Positions 1 to 5,292 of a stretch of 20,000 nt of DNA are shown here, piece by piece; within the stretch, counting starts at the first letter, position 1, and each line of letters starts with the position of its first letter. A program made the position numbers and the translations under genes. Where the stretch lies: the IMG/VR virus record IMGVR_UViG_3300010356_001334. The stretch is one strand, 5' to 3'. Source of the stretch: an uncultured virus (IMG/VR IMGVR_UViG_3300010356_001334) (taxonomy: Duplodnaviria > Heunggongvirae > Uroviricota > Caudoviricetes). The notes beneath the pieces were generated by a model. That model ran no database searches. It was given only the letters and a program-made list of their open reading frames with translations, and was not told the origin of the DNA.

Positions 1-52
1 CTGAACCTGTTTCTGTGGTTTTTGTTGCACGCTCTTTAAATAGTTTGAGCAT
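1..52 (-). CDS. 5' end of a hypothetical gene running off the left edge (MLKLFKERATKTTETGS...)
   Basis: CAT at 50-52 with purine-rich AAAGGAAA/AGGGG upstream on the minus strand. The frame is open to the window edge but only 17 codons are visible. Confidence 0.4.
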   Translation of the reverse strand, partial: MLKLFKERATKTTETGS

Positions 53-130
53 TTTCCTTTAACCCCTTTTTCTTTAAAAAGGAGCAGTATCGATCTACGG
101 ATCACGCACGACCTTAAAAAGGAGTTCCTC

Positions 131-454
131 ATGGCACGTTGTTCTATTCGTTTTATTCTAAGTTGTTTTCTGGCTCTTACTACTTTTCATGCATATAGTG
201 CAAGTAAAGTAGAAGCATTAGAGAAATACATTTCGAGTGCTTGCAAGACGTCTTGTGTCGATCCAAGTCTTTTGTTGCTATCTGTCAACAAGGCATCAGA
301 AGAACTAGATGTAAACCCTGTGACGCTTTTGGCAATTATAGAAGTCGAGTCGTCCTTCAAGCATAGAGCGCTAAATAAAACCAATGGAAGGAGTGTGGGT
401 TTATCTCAGATCCAAGTAAGATGGCATCGAGATAAATTCACAACAACAAACTAC
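131..454 (+). pseudogene. Lytic transglycosylase (SLT-domain) protein, N-terminal part, interrupted by the IS605-family element
   Basis: RBS AAAAGGAG precedes the ATG; hydrophobic signal-like N-terminus; SLT motif I (LAIIEVESSF, catalytic Glu) and motif II (GLSQI). The last 13 codons of the called ORF 131-496 are read-through into the IS left end. Confidence 0.8.
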
Positions 455-1912
455 CTCCGAGAGCGTAAAGCTCTGTCCTTCAGGGCGGAGATGTAAGCGA
501 AGTTGTATTGTATAAAACCTATATAACCTCTCTAATGAAAGGAGTAGTGTATGACAGAAACATCTAAGCTCCTGAAGAAGGGGTTTAAGTTTCCTATCTA
601 TCCGACTGCTGAGCAACAGGAACTCATCGAGCGCACTTTCGGCTGCTGTCGTTATGTCTATAACCGCGCTTTGGCCGAGTCTAAAGAAGACTATAAGACT
701 TATGCTGAGTTGTTAGAAAAACGACTCATGGATAAACAAGCACGACCCGATGTTTCAAGCTATGGGTTGGTTAATAAGTTGCCACGCTTTAAACGCGATC
801 CAGATAGCACTTGGCTAAGTGACGTTTCAGCTGTCGCGCTCCAGCAGAGCCTGCTTCATCTTGGTGCCGCCTATGCACGCTTTTTCAGAACCAAGCAAGG
901 TTTCCCCAGGTTTAAGTGCAAGCAAGGTCGACAAAGCTTCTCACTGACAAAAGCTGCCTTTAATCTTCAAGAAAGTGGTCTTTGTATTGCTAAATGCATT
1001 ACACCCATTAAGGTTGTGTATAGCCGACCTCTCCCGTCAACACCGTCGAGTTTGACAATTAGTCGTACACCTTCAGGTAAGTACTATGTCTCTTTCATTT
1101 GTGAGTACCAACCAACACCAACCTCTGGCACACAGGTTACTGGGATCGATGTCGGCCTTAGTCATCTCTTAGTGCTTTCCAACGGCATCAAAGTCGATAA
1201 CCCACGTCACTATGTAAAAGCACAACAGCGTCTCAAGCGTGCCCAGCAAGCCCTCTCTCGTAAACAAAAAGGATCCCGTAATCGCCATAAACAACGTCAC
1301 AAGGTAGCCAAACTTCACGAACATGTCGCTAACTGCCGACGTGATCATCACCATCAGCTCTCTCGAAAGCTCGTCAACGAAAACCAAGTGATCGGTATCG
1401 AGGGACTTCAGGTGAAAAACATGATCAAGAATCGTCGACTCTCAAAGCACATCACAGATGCAGGTTGGAGAAGCTTCCGAAGCATGCTGGAGTATAAAAC
1501 AGTCGAAAGCCAGCACACCACACTTGTCGTGATGGACACCTTCTTCCCGAGCAGTCATCTCTGTGCAGCCACAGGCCAAAAGCTTGATCGTAAGCTTCTA
1601 CTTAGCGAGCGTAGCTGGGATTGTCCACACTGCGGCCAGCTTCATGATCGTGATGTGAATGCAGCTCAAGTTATCGCAACTGAAGCACTTTTTGCAGTGA
1701 GTCAATACCCTATCGATGTTGTGCGTGGAAAGATCCTGCTGGCTAATGCACGATCTGCTTAGGGAGAAGGATTTGTCAATAATCAACACCGCGATGACAC
1801 GCGGTGTCAGCCCATGGAGCGCTCTTGTGCAGTCAGACATCGCGATGAAGTGGGAAGGGGACTCCGTGAGGACCCTAGGAATCCCTGTCCTTTAGGGCAG
1901 GGAGGATGTCAA
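455..1912 (+). mobile_element. Non-autonomous IS200/IS605-family element (tnpB only, IS1341-like organisation)
   Basis: Left end: AAAG (467-470) plus hairpin CTCTGTCC-TTCA-GGGCGGAG (471-490), preceded by CTAC (451-454, one mismatch from the IS608 TTAC target). Right end: GAAT (1879-1882) plus hairpin CCCTGTCC-TTTA-GGGCAGGG (1883-1902) and terminal TCAA (1909-1912). No tnpA and no target duplication. Removing 455-1912 rejoins the flanking gene in frame. Confidence 0.88.
551..1762 (+). CDS. tnpB: TnpB RNA-guided endonuclease (TnpB-1), 403 aa
   Basis: N-terminal GFKFPIYPT..Q...FGCCRYVYN; RuvC-I GIDVG, RuvC-II IGIEGL, RuvC-III DRDVNAA; zinc-finger region CAAT...CPHC; RBS GAAAGGAG. Confidence 0.96.
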   Translation: MTETSKLLKKGFKFPIYPTAEQQELIERTFGCCRYVYNRALAESKEDYKTYAELLEKRLMDKQARPDVSSYGLVNKLPRFKRDPDSTWLSDVSAVALQQSLLHLGAAYARFFRTKQGFPRFKCKQGRQSFSLTKAAFNLQESGLCIAKCITPIKVVYSRPLPSTPSSLTISRTPSGKYYVSFICEYQPTPTSGTQVTGIDVGLSHLLVLSNGIKVDNPRHYVKAQQRLKRAQQALSRKQKGSRNRHKQRHKVAKLHEHVANCRRDHHHQLSRKLVNENQVIGIEGLQVKNMIKNRRLSKHITDAGWRSFRSMLEYKTVESQHTTLVVMDTFFPSSHLCAATGQKLDRKLLLSERSWDCPHCGQLHDRDVNAAQVIATEALFAVSQYPIDVVRGKILLANARSA

Positions 1913-1932
1913 GTTCCTAAAGTCTTAAAAGC
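1786..1932 (+). ncRNA. Predicted omegaRNA (reRNA) of TnpB-1: scaffold 1786-1912 plus ~20-nt guide GTTCCTAAAGTCTTAAAAGC from the flanking DNA
   Basis: Stem ACACCGCG/CGCGGTGT (1786-1807) with loop ATGACA complementary to TGTCA at 1907-1911 (pseudoknot as in TnpB reRNAs). CCCATGGAG...GATGAAGTGGGAA core. Scaffold ends at the IS right end. Confidence 0.78.
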
Positions 1933-1966
1933 GCACAGTCGTATCGCGAACTTGAAACTTCATTAA
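1913..1966 (+). pseudogene. C-terminal fragment of the interrupted transglycosylase (VPKVLKAHSRIANLKLH*)
   Basis: In frame with codon TAC at 452-454 once the IS is removed. Gives Y-V-P-K-V, matching the C-terminal SLT Y..KV motif, and is followed by a terminator. Confidence 0.72.
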
Positions 1967-1976
1967 ATGTATTTTA

Positions 1977-2004
1977 AGGTCTAGAGGCTAAAGCCTCTAG
2001 ACCT
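1977..2004 (+). terminator. Hairpin terminator between the SLT/IS unit and tnpB-2
   Basis: Perfect 12-bp stem AGGTCTAGAGGC-TAAA-GCCTCTAGACCT followed by a T-rich tract. Confidence 0.75.
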
Positions 2005-2020
2005 ATGTCTGTTTAAAAAG

Positions 2021-2046
2021 TTTTTTAGTCATATATATCTTACATG
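2021..2046 (+). promoter_or_regulatory. Putative phage early-type promoter for tnpB-2
   Basis: TTTTTTAGTCATATATATCTTACATG lies between a terminator and the RBS (CCGGAGAA). The TATAT-ATC-N4-ATG layout resembles the TATATTAC early-promoter motif of phiKZ; the resemblance was judged by eye. Confidence 0.45.
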
Positions 2047-2078
2047 CCATTCTTACAGAAACTAAAACCGGAGAAACT

Positions 2079-3281
2079 ATGACTCAAAATCAAAAGCCTC
2101 TGGTCAAAGGCTTTAAGTGCCGTATTTATCCAACAAAAGAACAAAAAGACTATCTTCAAAAAGTCTTTGGTTCTGCTCGGTTTATCTATAACCATCTTTT
2201 AGCTGAATTAAAAGATGAATATGAAAACTATAAAAAAGACCAAAGCATTCAAAGAACACCAATAAATAAAATATCATTAGCCTATAAACTGCCTTCTTTA
2301 AAACAAAAAGAAGAATATCAATGGTTAAACGATGCCCCTGCACAAGTTCTTCAACACGCCAGTGGTCAACTTGCAGAAGCCTTTTTAAGATTCTTTAAAT
2401 CAAAGATTGGATATCCTAGATTTAAATCTAAACACGGTCGACAATCTGTAACGTTTAGTAATCAAATCTATTCAATCGATGGCAATAGACTCAAGCTACT
2501 AAAATGCAAATCTTTGTTTAAAGTTAAGCTTCATCGAGCATTACCGTCATCTGGTTTAAAATCATGCACAGTCAGTAAAACTCCAAGTGGAAAGTATTAT
2601 GCTTCGTTTTTATGTGAGTATATTCCAGAGAAAACATCAGGAACTGGTTTTCTTGGCATTGACGCAGGCATTACTGACTTAGCAACACTTTCAAACGGAC
2701 TTATTCTTCTAAACCCAAAGCACTATGTTAAACAACAATACAGACTAGCGCAACTTTCAAGACGCCTAACTCGTAAACAAAAAGGATCAAAAAATCGAAA
2801 TAAAGCTCGACTTAAAGTTGCTAGACTTCATGATCACATAGCTAATCAGCGCTGTGATTACATGCATAAGTTCACGACAAGCGTCATACGCGAAAACCAA
2901 GCTGTCGCCATCGAGAACTTGCAAATTAGAAACATGATCAAAAACAGACGACTCTCTAAACATATTGCTGACGCAGCATGGGGTGAGATGAGACAGCAAT
3001 TGGCTTATAAAGCTATTGCTAGTCAAAACTGTCTTCTTGTTATTGCTGATCCGTATTATCCGAGTACTCAACTTTGCCATAGATGTAACACAAAACCAAG
3101 TCAGAAAATTAAACTCGGCGTGACAAAGTGGGTATGTGAATACTGCGGAGAAAAACATCAGCGTGATCATAATGCTTCTTTGAATCTTGAAGTCCTGGCA
3201 AGATCTTACTATTATCAGCAAAAGAGAAATGGAGAAATTGCTAGTATTATTTTAGCCAAACCTTATTCTCCGTTAATTTAG
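2079..3281 (+). CDS. tnpB: TnpB RNA-guided endonuclease (TnpB-2), 400 aa, without IS ends
   Basis: GFKCRIYPT..Q...FGSARFIYN; RuvC-I GIDAG, RuvC-II VAIENL, RuvC-III QRDHNAS; complete CHRC...CEYC zinc finger; RBS GGAGA. Confidence 0.96.
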   Translation: MTQNQKPLVKGFKCRIYPTKEQKDYLQKVFGSARFIYNHLLAELKDEYENYKKDQSIQRTPINKISLAYKLPSLKQKEEYQWLNDAPAQVLQHASGQLAEAFLRFFKSKIGYPRFKSKHGRQSVTFSNQIYSIDGNRLKLLKCKSLFKVKLHRALPSSGLKSCTVSKTPSGKYYASFLCEYIPEKTSGTGFLGIDAGITDLATLSNGLILLNPKHYVKQQYRLAQLSRRLTRKQKGSKNRNKARLKVARLHDHIANQRCDYMHKFTTSVIRENQAVAIENLQIRNMIKNRRLSKHIADAAWGEMRQQLAYKAIASQNCLLVIADPYYPSTQLCHRCNTKPSQKIKLGVTKWVCEYCGEKHQRDHNASLNLEVLARSYYYQQKRNGEIASIILAKPYSPLI

Positions 3282-3294
3282 TTAAGATCTTTAG

Positions 3295-3414
3295 TCAAAC
3301 TACCGTAGGGTATACGGGAAGTCAAGCCTGTGGAGAAGATCGTGAAGTAGGCGACTCGATGAAGCAGGAAGATCTGAAGTCTGGACCATACCACATCTTA
3401 ACTGAATGATACGC
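3295..3414 (+). ncRNA. Predicted omegaRNA copy A of TnpB-2: scaffold 3295-3394, guide ~ATCTTAACTGAATGATACGC (3395-3414)
   Basis: Directly after the tnpB-2 stop. Stem CCGTA/TACGG with loop GGGTA complementary to TACC at 3389-3392; GCCTGTGGAG...CTCGATGAAGCAGGAA core typical of tnpB 3' regions. The guide boundary is inferred from the pseudoknot position. Confidence 0.75.
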
Positions 3415-3452
3415 TAGTATCAATTTTAACAAAGCCCTGAAAGGAGAAAATC

Positions 3453-3656
3453 ATGGCTGCTATTCTTATTGTCATCGGATACTTCGCAGTTATCCTGAGT
3501 ATTACGATGCTGTCGATGAAACTGGTCAGGACAAAAATCATTCGAACTTTGTTCATTGGACTGGGTTTGCTCCCAAGTATTCAACTCATTATTCTTGGGG
3601 TCTTACTGGTTGAACTATATGGACAACGCGCTCTTAAAGGAGTTCATCATGAATAA
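3453..3656 (+). CDS. Small membrane protein, 67 aa
   Basis: RBS GAAAGGAG; two hydrophobic stretches separated by basic residues. Confidence 0.75.
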   Translation: MAAILIVIGYFAVILSITMLSMKLVRTKIIRTLFIGLGLLPSIQLIILGVLLVELYGQRALKGVHHE

Positions 3657-3765
3657 GGTTAAAGCTCTTTGCAAGAATGGCAATGGTCTTGTTCGGTCGG
3701 TCCTTCTGATCACCGCTGGTGTCAGTGTCTGGATGTGGCAAATTGCCACCATCCTTGACAAATAA
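3649..3765 (+). CDS. Small hydrophobic protein, 38 aa (MNKVKALCKNGNGLVRSVLLITAGVSVWMWQIATILDK)
   Basis: RBS AAAGGAG before ATG 3649, overlapping the upstream stop; followed by a terminator. This start is preferred over 3556. Confidence 0.6.
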   Translation: MNKVKALCKNGNGLVRSVLLITAGVSVWMWQIATILDK

Positions 3766-3782
3766 AAAATCATCAAATGTCA

Positions 3783-3818
3783 GGAGAGGTTTTAAACCTC
3801 TCCAGCTTTTTCTTTTTG
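3783..3818 (+). terminator. Rho-independent terminator
   Basis: GGAGAGGTTT/AAACCTCTCC stem followed by T-tracts. Confidence 0.7.
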
Positions 3819-3830
3819 AGGATTTAATAA

Positions 3831-4007
3831 ATGCCTTCAAAATCAGAGAAACAAAAGAAGTTCATGGCGGCAATTTGCCACGATGAAGAGTTTGCTAAAA
3901 AGAACCACATTGATCAAGAAGTCGCGTGTGAGTTCTTTGAGGCAGACAAACAAGAAGAAAAGAAGAAACAAGAAAGTGTTGTTGAGAAGTGGTCTAAGAA
4001 GTCTTAA
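3831..4007 (+). CDS. Small phage protein, 58 aa (MPSKSEKQKKFMAAICHDEEFAKKNHIDQEVACEFFEADKQEEKKKQESVVEKWSKKS)
   Basis: Not in the ORF track; translated by hand. RBS GAGGA upstream. The MPSKS.KQ..FMAA..H...FAKK pattern resembles a recurrent small phage protein of unknown function. Confidence 0.7.
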   Translation: MPSKSEKQKKFMAAICHDEEFAKKNHIDQEVACEFFEADKQEEKKKQESVVEKWSKKS

Positions 4008-4048
4008 AACGCGTTCTGTGCCATTTTAATTGATCTAAGGGGTCTGTC

Positions 4049-4459
4049 ATGCTCAAAGAGCTTAATAACGCCATTGGTGGCGCCTATGTGGCTTCTCATT
4101 GTGTTTCTCGTCGTGTTGATCTAGCTGGGATTCGATATGTCTCAGCATCTGATCAAGTTTGGCCTTTTAATCCCAAACTCTATGTAGAACCGATTGAAGT
4201 CGACAGTATCATCTACACAGGAGTCTACACTCTCCTTAAAGAAGATGTCGTTGATGAAGATCAATATAAACTTTCAAACTCTGAAGGTCAATATCATCTT
4301 GGAACAAAACTGGTGATGTTGAAAAACGATCTTCATCTTCAGATTTTTGATGGTGAAGATGCTTGGCACGAATTCATTCCGAAAGGAAGTCAGGTTGCTA
4401 AAGTGCTTCGAAATGGTCGAGTATATTGGGCAGTGATCTATGCTCAAATCATCCATTAA
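4049..4459 (+). CDS. Hypothetical protein, 136 aa
   Basis: ORF with AAGGGG RBS-like sequence; same strand as its neighbours; no recognisable motif. Confidence 0.65.
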   Translation: MLKELNNAIGGAYVASHCVSRRVDLAGIRYVSASDQVWPFNPKLYVEPIEVDSIIYTGVYTLLKEDVVDEDQYKLSNSEGQYHLGTKLVMLKNDLHLQIFDGEDAWHEFIPKGSQVAKVLRNGRVYWAVIYAQIIH

Positions 4460-4480
4460 GAGACCCTGCTCTTAGAAAAA

Positions 4481-4505
4481 AGATAACAGTGTACATCTCT
4501 AGTGA
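4481..4505 (+). promoter_or_regulatory. Putative promoter for the stand-alone omegaRNA
   Basis: AGATAACAGTGTACATCTCTAGTGA has the same ATC-N4-(A/G)TG layout as 2037-2046. It follows a small hairpin (TAAGAG/CTCTTA, 4457-4474) and lies ~25 nt before the scaffold. Confidence 0.35.
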
Positions 4506-4530
4506 GGAAAGCAAGTTATACTAGCAATTC

Positions 4531-4650
4531 TCAAACTACCGTAGGGTATACGGGAAGTCAAGCCTGTGGAGAAAATCGTGAAGTAGGCGACTCGATGAAG
4601 CAGGAAGATCTGAAGTTTAGATCATGCCACATCTCTATTGAACGATGCTA
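4531..4650 (+). ncRNA. Stand-alone omegaRNA copy B: scaffold 4531-4630, guide ~ATCTCTATTGAACGATGCTA (4631-4650)
   Basis: 95/100 identical to 3295-3394 with no tnpB attached. Pseudoknot partner is TGCC (G-U compatible with loop GGTA); hairpin GATCTGA-AGT-TTAGATC at 4607-4623. Confidence 0.75.
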
Positions 4651-4776
4651 CCACACATCGCTTCAGTTCTTTCTTAAAGAGTGGCTTGAGCTCAACACTT
4701 TTTAATGGAAGATTTTCTTAACGCAAGTAGTTTCCTGTGGCAATCTGCCATAATACCATAAATGAAGGAGTAATCT

Positions 4777-5229
4777 ATGTCCCGCGCAAAACGTGATGAG
4801 AATCTGGTCAACGCCATCGCTTCGTCGCTGTCCAAGGTAACCGATGGTGTGATCTCGTCGGACGGTGATGTCTTTAACAGCAATCTGCCGGAAGGTCTGA
4901 CTCCGGAAACGGTTGAAGCAGTTTCCAACTATACCACGGCTTTCGTTGCCAGTGGTCTGGAAGCGGTTGGTAAGGCCGCAGTGTCTGCCATGGAAAAAGA
5001 CAAGAAGCTGAATAATGTTTCGGCTGAAATTCCCATGGGCGCTTTCGGTAGCGTCGGTTACGGTGTAACCCGTAGTCGTGAAGCTGTGGTTCCGGGTACG
5101 GACAAGACCACAACGGTCTATGGCGGCACCAAGGCAAATGTGGCTTTTGTGGCTGGCAAGAACGCTGGTCAACTGGCTGCTGCTAAGCGCTCTATCAAAG
5201 AGATGGCTGAAGAAGCACTGAAGAAGTAA
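4777..5229 (+). CDS. Conserved jumbo-phage hypothetical protein, 150 aa
   Basis: Strong RBS GAAGGAG, biased codon usage like the sheath and tube genes, own terminator. The LPEGLTPETV pattern is recalled from phiKZ-like phage proteins; function not assigned. Confidence 0.85.
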   Translation: MSRAKRDENLVNAIASSLSKVTDGVISSDGDVFNSNLPEGLTPETVEAVSNYTTAFVASGLEAVGKAAVSAMEKDKKLNNVSAEIPMGAFGSVGYGVTRSREAVVPGTDKTTTVYGGTKANVAFVAGKNAGQLAAAKRSIKEMAEEALKK

Positions 5230-5243
5230 TCTGTTCTGATGAC

Positions 5244-5292
5244 ATAGAGGGAGAGGGCCTAGGCCCTCTCCCTCTGTATCAGTATTTTTTTT
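5244..5292. terminator. Terminator between convergent genes
   Basis: AGAGGGAGAGGGCC-TA-GGCCCTCTCCCTCT inverted repeat followed by a long T run. Confidence 0.85.

Noticed and set aside
74..124. Direct repeat TTAAAAAGGAG (74-84 and 114-124)
   Set aside because: Short, AT-rich and RBS-like; two copies are not enough to call a regulatory repeat.
455..496. C-terminus LRERKALSFRAEM of the 121-aa ORF
   Set aside because: It is encoded by the IS left-end hairpin, not by the original gene.
455..1912. IStron or self-splicing intron restoring the SLT gene
   Set aside because: Only ~95 nt lie between the left end and tnpB, leaving no room for a group I core, and the element does not end in G.
2079..3281. 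Nuclease-dead TnpB (TldR-type) repressor
   Set aside because: All three RuvC acidic residues (GID, IE, RD) are present in both TnpBs.
3295..4630. CRISPR array interpretation of the 100-nt repeat
   Set aside because: Only two copies, 1.2 kb apart with genes between them; the length and motifs fit a TnpB omegaRNA scaffold.
4631..4650. Guide B matching the WLNDA codons of tnpB-2 (around 2320-2340)
   Set aside because: Only the distal AACGATGC matches; the seed does not.
4502..4705. 67-aa ORF
   Set aside because: It overlies the stand-alone omegaRNA, starts at GTG without an RBS, and is only a translation of the scaffold.
4692..5172. Minus-strand ORFs of 78, 156 and 87 aa
   Set aside because: Shadows of the 4777-5229 gene, which has the RBS and terminator.
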